Positions 51,543-64,000 of a DNA stretch of 64,000 bases are shown here, in pieces; the first letter of the stretch is position 1, and each line of letters begins with the position of its first letter. This stretch comes from Pristiophorus japonicus (Eukaryota), in contig NW_027253292.1 of NCBI RefSeq assembly GCF_044704955.1, positions 186,001 to 250,000 of the forward strand. Direction: 5' to 3'. The position numbers and the translations under genes were made by a program. The notes under the pieces are model-generated. The model was not told the DNA's origin. It was given only the letters and a program-made list of their open reading frames with translations, and did no database searches.

Positions 51543-51782
51543 GGGCCTTGTCCATTGTGAAAGCCCTAGATTGTGAAGAGCAGAGCTGGTTCAATCTGAC
51601 AATCGAGGCCTCCGATCACGGAGCCTCCCGCCGGTCGGCCACGCAGCTGCTCCACATTCGGCTCATCGATGTGAATGACGAGGTGCCGAGCTTTGACCAG
51701 CCAGTGTACGAAGCCCGTGTCTCGGAGAACCAGGCCCCAGGCACCGTGCTGCTCAAAATCCACGCCACCGACAGGGACCAAG
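51543..51782 (+). CDS. DCHS1: DCHS1 internal exon
   Basis: Acceptor gattccAG|GG and donor G|GTAAGC; 240 nt, phase 1-1. GALSIVKALDCEEQ...ASDHG...IDVNDEVPSF...HATDRDQ. Confidence 0.95.
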
Positions 51783-51804
51783 GTAAGCAGGGACCTGGCA
51801 ACTC

Positions 51805-52372
51805 GAGGGGGGTGGGGGGATTCCGGAGATGGTGGGAGAGGGGTGTGTGGGCGCAATGGGGGAGCCGGGTGGGAGGAATGGGAGTCGTTGGGGGTGAGGG
51901 GGCGGTGCTGGAGAAATGGGGGGAGGGGCAGCAGGTGTGGGTGGGGAGCGGGTTGGGTGACAGTGGGTGGGGGGAGACGGTCGGGGAGGGTCGAGGAGAG
52001 GGGGCTGTGGGTGGGGGAGGGGGTCGGGAGGGTCTGGGGGAGGGGGCTGTGGGTATGGGGGGAGTGGAGGGTCTGGGGGAGGGGTCGGGAGGGTCCGGTG
52101 GGGCGGGGTCGGGAGCTGTGGGGGGGGGAGGGAGGGGAGGGGTCGGGAACTGTGGGTGGGAGGGGGGAGGGGAGGGGTCGGGAGGGCCCGGGGGAAGGGG
52201 GAGGGAGGAGAGGGTCCGGGGGGCAGGGTCGGGAGGGGAGGGTCCGGGGCAAGGGGAGGGGAGGGTCGCGTCTGGGGGGGGGGGGGGGGAGGGGAGGATC
52301 CGGGGGAGGGAGAGGGGAGGGGAGGGTCCAGAGGGGAGGGGGACGGAGGGAGAGGGTCCGAGGGTCGGGACT
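51805..52372. repeat. G-rich low-complexity tract
   Basis: Dense G-runs, including a G14-like run near 52274. Confidence 0.9.
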
Positions 52373-52722
52373 GTGGACAAACTGGGCAATAGCTGGCTGG
52401 GCGCGGGGTGTTATCGGTGTCGGAGTGGGCCTGGGACACAGTCCTGTGTTGCTGGAGTCGAGTGTTATCGGGAAGGTGCAACACCCCACAGTCGAATAGC
52501 AGAGATTGAACGATGGAGGAATATTCCGGAAATTTGTTCTGATTTATTGTGGGGGATTTGGGAGTGGTTATAGAACGTCTGTGATCGGGGCAGTGGGTGA
52601 AGAGCCCTCGATGGGCCGTGGCCTTTTCTTGTTAAACCTACCGTTGTCTCGGTCACTCGTGCCGTTTGTTATGTTTAGCGCTGCCAGCATCGGGTGCAAT
52701 GTGTGTTCTCAATATCCCGCAG

Positions 52723-52848
52723 GCTCCAACGGTGTCCTGAGGTACGGTGGGGTGGCAGAGAACGGTTTCTCCATCGACCCAGTCACAGGAGTTCTCAGCA
52801 CCAGTCGGGCCCTGGACAGAGAGCAGCAGGACCAGCATGTGATCACCG
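52723..52848 (+). CDS. DCHS1: DCHS1 internal exon
   Basis: Acceptor atcccgcAG|GC and donor G|GTAAGT; 126 nt, phase 1-1. GSNGVLRYGGVAENGFSIDPVTGVLSTSRALDREQQDQHVIT; the YGGV motif is characteristic of DCHS1. Confidence 0.95.
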
Positions 52849-52941
52849 GTAAGTCCCATCACCGATAGGGAGAGAGATCCTGCACCTTCGCATCGTTCTC
52901 TCACTCTCGCCATCTCTTACCCTCTGCTCCACTCACCCTCT

Positions 52942-53519
52942 NNNNNNNNNNNNNNNNNNNNNNNNNNNNNNNNNNNNNNNNNNNNNNNNNNNNNNNNNNN
53001 NNNNNNNNNNNNNNNNNNNNNNNNNNNNNNNNNNNNNNNNNNNNNNNNNNNNNNNNNNNNNNNNNNNNNNNNNNNNNNNNNNNNNNNNNNNNNNNNNNNN
53101 NNNNNNNNNNNNNNNNNNNNNNNNNNNNNNNNNNNNNNNNNNNNNNNNNNNNNNNNNNNNNNNNNNNNNNNNNNNNNNNNNNNNNNNNNNNNNNNNNNNN
53201 NNNNNNNNNNNNNNNNNNNNNNNNNNNNNNNNNNNNNNNNNNNNNNNNNNNNNNNNNNNNNNNNNNNNNNNNNNNNNNNNNNNNNNNNNNNNNNNNNNNN
53301 NNNNNNNNNNNNNNNNNNNNNNNNNNNNNNNNNNNNNNNNNNNNNNNNNNNNCGGTCTCCCTCTCTCTCTCGATCTGTCTCNNNNNNNNNNNNNNNNNNN
53401 NNNNNNNNNNNNNNNNNNNNNNNNNNNNNNNNNNNNNNNNNNNNNNNNNNNNNNNNNNNNNNNNNNNNNNNNNNNNNNNNNNNNNNNNNNNNNNNNNNNN
53501 NNNNNNNNNNNNNNNNNNN
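52942..53519. other. Two N blocks (52942-53352 and 53382-53519) within CT-rich sequence
   Basis: Runs of n separated by 29 called bases. Confidence 0.99.
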
Positions 53520-53921
53520 TCTCTATGTTCATGTGTGTTCACTCGCTCTCTCTCTCTCCATCCCTCTCTCTCTTCTCTTCCTCTCACTCTTTTTGTCTGT
53601 CCCTCTACCTTTGCCTCCTCTCCCTCCCTCTCTCAACACAGTCTCTATCATTCTGTCTCTTTCACTCTCACTCTCTCCATCTCTGTCTCTCCCTCTCCCT
53701 CCCTGCCTTTCCCTCTCCCTCCCTGCCTTTCCCTCTCCCTCCCTCTCTCTCCCTCTCCCTCCCTCTCTTGCTCTCCCTCCCATCTCTCTTTCTCTCCCTC
53801 CCATCTCTCTTTCTCTCCCTCCCATCTCTCTTTCTCTCCCTCCCATCTCTCTTTCTCTCCCTCCCATCTCTCTTTCTCTCCCTCCCTTGTCCACTCTCCC
53901 TCTCTCTATTACAGTCTCTCC
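53520..53921. repeat. CT-rich low-complexity tract with a 21-bp repeat (CTCCCTCCCATCTCTCTTTCT)
   Basis: Direct observation. Confidence 0.9.
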
Positions 53922-53987
53922 GACCTGCTCTGTTTCTCGGAGACTCTGTCTGATTACATACGTTCACTAACAGATTATTTCTCCCAG

Positions 53988-54197
53988 TTTATACTAAAGA
54001 TGGTGGGACCCCTCCCAATGTAGCGACGGTGACAGTAAGCATCACAGTTGAGGATGAAAATGACAATGGGCCACAGTTTGAGAAGGAGGTGTATGAGCTA
54101 CAAGTGCCAGAAAACCAGGAGCGAGTGTCACTGTTCACGGCTAAAGCCACAGACAAAGACTCTGGTGAAAACGGACGTGTGGAGTATGAGATCGTCG
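53988..54197 (+). CDS. DCHS1: DCHS1 internal exon (last in window)
   Basis: Branch-like CACTAAC, acceptor ttctcccAG|TT, donor G|GTAAGA; 210 nt, phase 1-1. VYTKDGGTPPNVATVTVSITVEDENDNGPQF...KATDKDSGENGRVEYEIV. Confidence 0.95.
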
Positions 54198-54341
54198 GTA
54201 AGAGTGAGCCAGCAAGGGAGTGAGAGAATTTAATGTGGTAGGGTGTATGGGCTTAAATGAAGTGTGTGTTAGTGTGTCAGAGAATGCCCGGGTTTGTGAG
54301 AGTGAGTGTGTAAAGGTAGAGACATTGTGGAATGGGACTGT

Positions 54342-57230
54342 ACCCTACAGACCCCGACCCTACGGACCGAGACCCGACAGACCGAGACCCTACAGACCCC
54401 GACCCTACAGACCGAGACCCGACAGACCGAGACCCTACAGACCCCGACCCTACAGACCCCGACCCTACAGACCGAGACCCGACAGACCGAGACCCTACAG
54501 ACCCCGACCCTACAGACCCCGACCCTACAGACCGAGACCCTACAGACCGAGACCCTACAGACCCCGACCCTACAGACCCCGACCCTACAGACCGAGACCC
54601 GACAGACCGAGACCCTACAGACCGAGACCCGACAGACCGAGACCCTACAGACCCCGACCCTACAGACCCCGACCCTACAGACCCCGACCCGACAGACACA
54701 GACCCTACAGATCCCGACCCGACAGACACAGACCCTACAGATCCCGACCCGACAGACACAGACCCTACAGACACAGACCCGACAGACACAGACCCTACAG
54801 ATCCCGACCCGACAGACACAGACCCTACAGATCCCGACCCGACAGACACAGACCCTACAGACACAGACCCGACAGACACAGACCCTACAGATCCCGACCC
54901 TACAGACCCCGACCCTACAGACCCCGACCCTACAGACCCCGACCCTACAGACCCCGACCCGACAGACCCCGACCCTACAGACCCCGACCCTACAGACCCC
55001 GACCCTACAGACCGAGACCCGACAGACCGAGACCCGACAGACCCCGACCCGACAGACCCCGACCCTACAGACCGAGACCCTACAGACCGAGACCCGACAG
55101 ACCCCGACCCGACAGACCCCGACCCTACAGACCCCGACCCGACAGACCCCGACCCTACAGACCGAGACCCGACAGACCGAGACCCTACAGACCCCGACCC
55201 TACAGACCCCGACCCTACAGACCCCGACCCTACAGACCGAGACCCGACAGACCGAGACCCGACAGACCGAGACCCTACAGACCCCGACCCTACAGACCCA
55301 GACCCTACAGACCCCGACCCTACAGACCGAGACCCTACAGACCGAGACCCTACAGACCCCGACCCTACAGACCCCGACCCTACAGACCGAGACCCGACAG
55401 ACCCCGACCCTACAGACCCCGACCCTACAGACCCCGACCCTACAGACCCAGACCCTACAGACCCAGACCCGACAGACCGAGACCCTACAGACCCCGACCC
55501 TACAGACCCCGACCCTACAGACCCCGACCCTACAGACCGAGACCCTACAGACCGAGACCCTACAGACCGAGACCCTACAGACCCCGACCCTACAGACCCC
55601 GACCCTACAGACCGAGACCCGACAGACCCCGACCCTACAGACCCCGACCCTACAGACCCCGACCCTACAGACCCAGACCCTACAGACCCAGACCCTACAG
55701 ACCCCGACCCTACAGACCCTGACCCTACAGACCCCGATCCTACAGACCCCGACCCTACAGACCCCGACCCTACAGACCCCGATCCTACAGACCCCGACCC
55801 TACAGACCCAGACCCTACAGACCCCGACCCTACAGACCGAGACCCTACAGACCCCGACCCGACAGACACAGACCCTACAGATCCCGACCCTACAGACCCC
55901 GACCCTACAGACCCCGACCCTACAGACCCAGACCCTACAGATCCCGACCCTACAGACCCTGACCCTACAGACCCCGATCCTACAGACCCCGACCCTACAG
56001 ACCGAGACCCTACAGACCCCGACCCGTCAGACACAGACCCTACAGACCCCGACCCGACAGACACAGACCCTACAGATCCCGACCCGACAGACACAGACCC
56101 TACAGACCCCGACCCTACAGACCCCGACCCTACAGACTCCGACCCTACAGATCCCGACCCTACAGACCTCGACCCTACAGACCCCGACCCTACAGACCCA
56201 GACCCGACAGACCCAGACCCTACAGACCCCGACCCGACAGACCCAGACCCGACAGACCCAGACCCTACAGACCCAGACCCTACAGACCCCGACCCTACAG
56301 ACCCCGACCCTACAGACCCCGACCCGACAGACCCCGACCCGACAGACCCCGACCCTACAGACCCAGACCCGACAGACCCCGACCCGACAGACCCTGACCC
56401 TACAGACCCCGACCCGACAGACCCCGACCCGACAGACCCAGACCCGACAGACTCAGACCCTACAGACCCAGACCCTACAGACCCCGACCCTACAGACCCC
56501 GACCCTACAGACACAGACCCTACAGATCCAGACCCGACAGACACAGACCCTACAGATCCCGACCCTACAGACCCCGACCCTACAGACCCCGACCCTACAG
56601 ACCCCGACCCTACAGATCCCGACCCTACAGACCTCGACCCTACAGACCCAGACCCTACAGACCCCGACCCTACAGACCCAGACCCTACAGACCCAGACCC
56701 GACAGACCCAGACCCTACAGATCCCGACCCTACAGACCTCGACCCTACAGACCCAGACCCTACAGACCCAGACCCGACAGACCCAGACCCTACAGACCCC
56801 GACCCTACAGACCCAGACCCTACAGACCCCGACCCTACAGACCCCGACCCTACAGACCCAGACCCTACAGACCCCGACCCGACAGACCCAGACCCTACAG
56901 ACCCCGACCCGACAGACCCAGACCCTACAGACCCCGACCCTACAGACCCCGACCCTACAGACCCCGACCCTACAGACCCCGACCCGACAGACACAGACCC
57001 TACAGATCCCGACCCTGCAGACCCCGATCCTACAGACCCCGACCCTACAGACCCCGACCCTACAGACCCCGACCCTACAGATCCCGACCCTACAGACCAC
57101 GACCCTACTGACCCCGACCCAACAGACCCCGACCCTACAGACCCCGACCCTACAGATCCCGACCCTACAGACCCCGACCCTACAGACCCAGACCCTACAG
57201 ACCCCGATCCTACAGACCCAGACCCGACAG
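54342..57230. repeat. 15-bp satellite (GACCCTACAGACCCC with GA/CA variants), about 190 units
   Basis: Direct periodicity with no visible phase shift. Confidence 0.98.
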
Positions 57231-60200
57231 AGCGGGGAAATCAGCCAGGGTTCCTGCTCCTGATCACTGCCCAGTGACCCCTGGGTTAGAGAGAGAGGAA
57301 ATCAGCCAGGGTTCCTGCTCCTGATCACTGCCCAGTGACCCCTGGGTTAGAGAGAGGGGAAATCAGCCAGGGTTCCTGCTCCTGATCAATGTACAGTGAC
57401 CCCTGGGTTAGAGAGAGTGGGGAAATCAGCCAGGGTTCCTGCTCCTGATCACTGACCAGTGATCCCTGGGTTAGAGAGAGAGGGGAAATCAGCCAGGGTT
57501 CCTGCTCCTGATCACTGCCCAGTGACCCCTGGGTTAGAGAGAGGGGGAAATCAGCCAGGGTTCCTGCTCCTGATCACTGCCCAGTGTCCCCTGGGTTAGA
57601 GAGAATGGAAATCAGCCAGGGTTCCTGCTCCTGATCACTGCCCAGTGACCCCTGGGTTTAGAGAGAGAGGAAATCAGCCAGGGTTCCTGCTCCTGATCAC
57701 TGTCCAGTGACCCCAGGGTTAGAGAGAGCGGGGAAATCAGCCAGGGTTCCTGCTCCTGATCACTGCCCAGTGACCCCTGGGTTAGAGAGAGGGGAAATCA
57801 GCCAGGGTTCCTGCTCCTGATCACTGCCCAGTGACCCCTGGGTTAGAGAGAGGGGAAATCAGCCAGGGTTCCTGCTCCTGATCCCTGCCCAGTGACCCCT
57901 GGGTTAGAGAGAGAGGGGAAATCAGCCAGGGTTCCTGCTCCTGATCACTGCCCAGTGACCCCTGGGTTAGAGAGAGAGGAAATCAGCCAGGGTTCCTGCT
58001 CCTGATCACTGCCCAGTGACCCCTGGGTTAGAGAGAGAGGGGAAATCAGCCAGGGTTCCTGCTCCTGATCACTGCCCAGTGACCCCTGGGTTAGAGAGAG
58101 AGGGGAAATCAGCCAGGGTTCCTGCTCCTGATCACTGCCCAGTGACCCCTGGGTTAGAGAGAGGGGAAATCAGCCAGGGTTCCTGCTCCTGATCAATGTA
58201 CAGTGACCCCTGGGTTAGAGAGAGTGGGGAAATCAGCCAGGGTTCCTGCTCCTGATCACTGACCAGTGAGCCCTGGGTTAGAGAGAGGGAAATCAGCCAG
58301 GGTTCCTGATCACTGCCCAGTGATCCCTGGGTTAGAGAGAGAGGGGAAATCAGCCAGGGTTCCTGCTCCTGATCACTGCCCAGTGACCCCTGGGTTAGAG
58401 AGAGGGGGAAATCAGCCAGGGTTCCTGCTCCTGATCACTGCCCAGTGACCCCGGGTTTAGAGAGAGAGGAAATCAGCCAGGGTTCCTGCTCCTGATCACT
58501 GCCCAGTGACCCCTGGGTTCGAGAGAGGGGAAATCAGCCAGGGTTCCTGCTCCTGATCACTGCCCAGTGACCCCTGGGTTAGAGAGAGGGGAAATCAGCC
58601 AGGGTTCCTGCTCCTGATCACTGTCCAGTGACCCCTGGGTTAGAGAGCGGGGAAATCAGCCAGGGTCCCTGCTCCTGATCACTGCCTTGTGACCCCTGGG
58701 TTAGAGAGAAGGGGAAATCAGCCAGGGTTCCTGCTCCTGATCCCTGCCCAGTGACCCCTGGGTTAGAGAGAGGGGGAAATCAGCCAGGGTTCCTGCTCCT
58801 GATCCCTGCCCAGTGACCCCTGGGTTAGAGAGAGAGGGGAAATCAGCCAGGGTTCCTGCTCCTGATCACTACCCAGTGACCCCCTGGGTTAGAGAGAGGG
58901 GAAATCAGCCAAGGTTCCTGCTCCTGATCACTGCCCAGTGACCCCTGGGTTAGAGAGAGGGGAAATCAGCCAGGGTTCCTGCTCCTGATCACTGCACAGT
59001 GACCCCTGGGTTAGAGAGAGGGGAAATCAGCCAGGCTTCCTGCTCCTGATCCCTGCCCAGTGACCCCTGGGTTAGAGAGAGTGGGGAAATCAGCCATGGT
59101 TCCTGCTCCTGATCACTGTCCAGTGACCCCTGGGTTAGAGAGAGGGGAAATCAGCCAGGGTTCCTGCTCCTGATCACTGCCCAGTGTCCCCTGGGTTATA
59201 GAGAGGGGAAATCAGCCAGGGTTCCTGCTCCTGATCACTGCCCAGTGACCCCTGGGTTAGAGAGAGAGGGGAAATCAGCCAGGGTTCCTGCTCCTGATCA
59301 CTGCCCAGTGACCCCTGGGTTAGAGAGAGAGGGGAAATCAGCCAGGGTTCCTGCTCCTGATCACTGCCCAGTGACCCCTGGGTTAGAGAGAGAGGGGAAA
59401 TCAGCCAGGGTTCCTGCTCCTGATCAATGTACAGTGACCCCTGGGTTAGAGAGAGTGGGGAAATCAGCCAGGGTTCCTGCTCCTGATCACTGACCAGTGA
59501 GCCCTGGGTTAGAGAGAGGGAAATCAGCCAGGGTTCCTGCCCCTGATCACTGCCCAGTGATCCCTGGGTTAGAGAGAGAGGGGAAATCAGCCAGGGTTCC
59601 TGCTCCTGATCACTGCCCAGTGACCCCTGGGTTAGAGAGAGGGGGAAATCAGCCAGGGTTCCTGCTCCTGATCACTGCCCAGTGACCCCGGGTTTAGAGA
59701 GAGAGGAAATCAGCCAGGGTTCCTGCTCCTGATCACTGCCCAGTGACCCCTGGGTTCGAGAGAGGGGAAATCAGCCAGGGTTCCTGCTCCTGATCACTGT
59801 CCAGTGACCCCTGGGTTAGAGAGCGGGGAAATCAGCCAGGGTCCCTGCTCCTGATCACTGCCTTGTGACCCCTGGGTTAGAGAGAAGGGGAAATCAGCCA
59901 GGGTTCCTGCTCCTGATCCCTGCCCAGTGATCCCTGGGTTAGAGAGAATGGAAATCAGCCAGGGTTCCTGCTCCTGATCACTGTCCAGTGACCGCTGGGT
60001 TAGAGAGAGGGGAAATCAGCCAGGGTTCCTGCTCCTGATCACTGCCCAGTGACCCCTGGGTTAGAGAGGGGGAAATCAGCCAGGGTTCCTGCTCCTGATC
60101 ACTGCCCAGTGATCCCTGGGTTAGAGAGGGGGAAATCAGCCAGGGTTTCTGCTCCTGATCACTGCCCTGTGACCCCTGGGTTAGAGTGGGGGAAATCAGC

Positions 60201-63200
60201 CAGGGTCCTGCTCCTGATCACTGCCCAGTGACCCCTGGGTTAGAGAGAGGGGAAATCAGCCAGGGTTCCTGCTCCTGATCCCTGCCCAGTGACCCCTGGG
60301 TTAGAGAGAGAGGGGAAATCAGCCAGGGTTCCTGCTCCTGATCCCTGCCCAGTGACCCCTGGGTTAGAGAGAGAGGAAATCAGCCAGGGTTCCTGCTCCT
60401 GATCACTGCCCAGTGACCCCTGGGTTAGAGAGAGGGGAAATCAGCCAGGGTTCCTGCTCCTGATCAATATACAGTGACCCCTGGGTTAGAGAGAGTGGGG
60501 AAATCAGCCAGGGTTCCTGCTCCTGATCACTGACCAGTGAGCCCTGGGTTAGAGAGAGGGAAATCAGCTAGGGTTCCTGCCCCTGATCACTGCCCAGTGA
60601 TCCCTGGGTTAGAGAGAGAGGGGAAATCAGCCAGGGTTCCTGCTCCTGATCACTGCCCAGTGACCCCTGGGTTAGAGAGAGGGGGAAATCAGCCAGGGTT
60701 CCTGCTCCTGATCACTGCCCAGTGTCCCCTGGGTTAGAGAGAATGGAAATCAGCCAGGGTTCCTGCTCCTGATCACTGCCCAGTGACCCCTGGGTTAGAG
60801 AGGGGGAAATCAGCCAGGGTTCCTGCTCCTGATCACTGCCCAGTGACCCCGGGTTTAGAGAGAGAGGAAATCAGCCAGGGTTCCTGCTCCTGATCACTGC
60901 CCAGTGACCCCTGGGTTCGAGAGAGGGGAAATCAGCCAGGGTTCCTGCTCCTGATCACTGCCCAGTGACCCCTGGGTTAGAGAGAGGGAAATCAGCCAGG
61001 GTTCCTGCTCCTGATCACTGTCCTGTGACCCCTGGGTTAGAGAGCGGGGAAATCAGCCAGGGTCCCTGCTCCTGATCACTGCCTTGTGACCCCCTGGGTT
61101 AGAGAGAGGGGGAAATCAGCCAGGGTTCCTGCTCCTGATCCCTGCCCAGTGACCCCTGGGTTAGAGAGAGGGGGAAATCAGCCAGGGTTCCTGCTCCTGA
61201 TCCCTGCCCAGTGACCCCTGGGTTAGAGAGAGAGGGGAAATCAGCCAGGGTTCCTGCTCCTGATCACTACCCAGTGACCCCCTGGGTTAGAGAGAGGGGA
61301 AATCAGCCAGGGTTCCTGCTCCTGATCACTGCCCAGTGACCCCTGGGTTAGAGAGAGGGGAAATCAGCCAGGGTTCCTGCTCCTGATCACTGCACAGTGA
61401 CCCCTGGGTTAGAGAGAGGGGAAATCAGCCAGGGTTCCTGCTCCTGATCCCTGCCCAGTGACCCCTGGGTTAGAGAGAGTGGGGAAATCAGCCAGGGTTC
61501 CTGCTCCTGATCACTGTCCAGTGACTCCTGGGTTAGAGAGAGGGGAAATCAGCCAGGGTTCCTGCTCCTGATCACTGCCCAGTGTCCCCTGGGTTATAGA
61601 GAGGGGAAATCAGCCAGGGTTCCTGCTCCTGATCTCTGCCCAGTGACCCCTGGGTTAGAGAGAGAGGGGAAATCAGTCAGGGTTCCTGCTCCTGATCACT
61701 GCCCAGTGACCCCTGGGTTAGAGAGAATGGAAATCCGCCAGGGTTCCTGCTCCTGATCACTGTCCAGTGACCGCTGGGTTAGAGAGAGGGGAAATCAGCC
61801 AGGGTTCCTGCTCCTGATCACTGCCCAGTGATCCCTGGGTTAGAGAGAATGGAAATCAGCCAGGGTTCCTGCTCCTGATCACTGTCCAGTGACCGCTGGG
61901 TTAGAGAGAGGGGAAATCAGCCAGGGTTCCTGCTCCTGATCACTGCCCAGTGACCCCGGGGTTAGAGAGAATGGAAATCAGCCAGGGTTCCTGCTCCTGA
62001 TCACTGCCCAGTGACCCCTGGGTTAGAGAGGGGGAAATCAGCCAGGGTTCCTGCTCCTGATCACTGCCCAATGACCCCTGGGTTAGAGTGGGGGAAATCA
62101 GCCAGGGTTCCTGCTCGTGATCACTGCCCAGTGACCCCTGGGTTAGAGTGGGGGAAATCAGCCAGGGTTCCTGCTCGTGATCACTGCCCAGTGACCCCTG
62201 GGTTAGAGAGGGGGAAATCAGCCAGGGTTCCTGCTCCTGATCACTACCCAGTGACCCCTGGGTTAGAGAGAGGGGAAATCAGCCAGGATTCCTGCTCCTG
62301 ATCACTGCCCAGTGACCCCTGGGTTAGAGAGGGGGAAATCAGCCAGGGTTCCTGCTCCTGATCACTGCCCAGTGACCCCTGGGTTAGAGAGAGGTGAAAT
62401 CAGCCAGGGTTCCTGCTCCTGATCACTGCCCAGTGACCCCTGGGTTAGAGAGAATGGAAATCAGCCAGGGTTCCTGCTCCTGATCACTGCCCAGTGATCC
62501 CTGGGTTAGAGAGGGGGAAATCAGCCAGGGTTCCTGCTCCTGATCACTGCCCTGTGACCCCTGGGTTAGAGTGGGGGAAATCAGCCAGGGTTCCTGCTCG
62601 TGATCACTGCCCAGTGACCCCTGGGTTAGAGAGGGGGAAATCAGCCAGGGTTCCTGCTCCTGATCACTACCCAGTGACCACTGGGTTAGAGAGAGGGGAA
62701 ATCAGCCAGGATTCCTGCTCCTGATCACTGCCCAGTGACCCCTGGGTTAGAGAGAATGGAAGTCAGCCAGGGTTCCTGCTCCTGATCACTGCCCAGTGAC
62801 CCCTGGGTTAGAGAGGGGGAAATCAGCCAGGGTTCCTGCTCCTGATCACTGCCCAGTGACCCCGGGGTTAGAGAGAGAGGAAATCAGCCAGGGTTCCTGC
62901 TCCTGATCACTGCCCAGTGACCCCTGGGTTAGAGAGAGGGGAAATCAGCCAGGGTTCCTGCTCCTGATCACTGCCCAGTGACCCCTGGGTTAGAGAGAGG
63001 GGAAATCAGCCAGGGTTCCTGCTCCTGATCCCTGCCCAGTGACCCCTGGGTTAGAGAGAGAGGGGAAATCAGCCAGTGTTCCTGCTCCTGATCCCTGCCC
63101 AGTGACCCCTGGGTTAGAGAGAGGGGAAATCAGCCAGGGTTCCTGCTCCTGGTCACTGCCCAGTGACCCCTGGGTTAGAGAGAATGGAAATCAGCCAGGG

Positions 63201-64000
63201 TTCCTGCTCCTGATCACTGCCCAGTGACACCTGGGTTAGAGATGGGGAAATCAGCCAGAGTTCCTGCTCCTGATCACTGCCCTGTGACCCCTGGGTTAGA
63301 GTGGAGGAAATCAGCCAGGGTTCCTGCTCCTGATCACTACCCAGTGACCCCTGGGTTCGAGAGAGGGGAAATCAGCCAGGGTTCCTGCTCCTGATCACTG
63401 TCCAGTGACCCCTGAGTTAGAGAGAGAGGGAAATCAGCCAGAATTCCTGCTCCTGATCACTGCCCAGTGACCAATGGGTTAGAGAGAGGGGAAATCAGCC
63501 AGGGTTCCTGCTCCTGATCACTGCCCAGTGACCCCTGGATTAGAGAGAATGGAAATCAGCCAGGGTTCCTGCTCCTGATCCCTGCCCAGTGACCCCTGGG
63601 TTAGAGAGAGGGGAAATCAGCCAGGGTTCCTGCTCCTGATCACTGCCCAGTGACCCCTGGGTTAGAGAGAATGGAAATCAGCCAGGGTTCCTGCTCCTGA
63701 TCACTGCCCAGTGACCCCTGGGTTAGAGATGGGGAAATCAGCCAGGGTTCCTGCTCCTGATCACTGCCCAGTGACCCCTGGGTTCGAGAGAGGGGAAATC
63801 AGCCAGGGTTCCTGCTCCTGATCTCTGCCCAGTGACCCCTGGGTTAGAGAGGGGGAAATCAGTCAGGGTTCCTGCTCCTGATCACTGCCCAGTGACCCCT
63901 GGGTTAGAGAGAATGGAAATCCGCCAGGGTTCCTGCTCCTGATCACTGTCCAGTGACCGCTGGGTTAGAGAGAGGGGAAATCAGCCAGGGTTCCTGCTCC
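57231..64000. repeat. Second, larger array of the about 60-bp satellite (over 110 units; runs off the right edge)
   Basis: Same unit and orientation as 17887-19389. Confidence 0.98.

Noticed and set aside
51783-52573. Gly-rich extension of ORF 51389-52573 and Pro-rich antisense ORFs
   Set aside because: G-rich low-complexity intron after a consensus GTAAGC donor.
52942-53519. Possible hidden exon in the N blocks
   Set aside because: Exons 52723-52848 and 53988-54197 join in phase and continue the cadherin repeat with no missing segment (HVIT-V-YTKDGG).
952-54197. Alternative identities DCHS2, FAT or clustered protocadherin
   Set aside because: Motifs NPPG, RAER, GSGPNSEVRY and YGGV match DCHS1 as recalled, and clustered protocadherins encode the ectodomain in one large exon. 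A reciprocal protein search would settle it.
54220-57277. Antifreeze-like or mucin-like repeat protein (DPTDP, QTPTL)
   Set aside because: Open in several frames on both strands, with no signal peptide or exon structure; kept only as a low-interest repeat observation.

Overview
This is eukaryotic, vertebrate-type genomic DNA, not a prokaryotic locus. The repeat families suggest a cartilaginous fish, but that is inferred from recalled repeats only. The window lies inside one + strand gene, the atypical cadherin dachsous-1 (DCHS1). Nine internal coding exons (952-1188, 16780-17787, 20196-20383, 25845-25941, 32278-32435, 42683-43526, 51543-51782, 52723-52848, 53988-54197) all have AG/GT ends and matching phases. 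They splice into one open 3108-nt frame of about 1036 codons, covering roughly ten extracellular cadherin repeats; the start and stop lie outside the window. The introns are strongly inflated: about 40 kb of the 64 kb is tandem or low-complexity repeat from at least a dozen unrelated unit types. The rest is nested, decayed CR1, RTE and L2 LINEs, a SINE-like element, MITE-like elements and a Penelope-like fragment. Nearly all long ORFs in the track are repeat artefacts. I found no convincing new protein-coding system. The most interesting signals are (i) two different RTE-tailed elements at the same homologous nucleotide of two CR1 copies, (ii) several arrays visibly grown from local transposon sequence, (iii) a decayed hammerhead-like motif next to a 12-kb satellite that resembles it, and (iv) a satellite that forms the 3' splice region of an exon.
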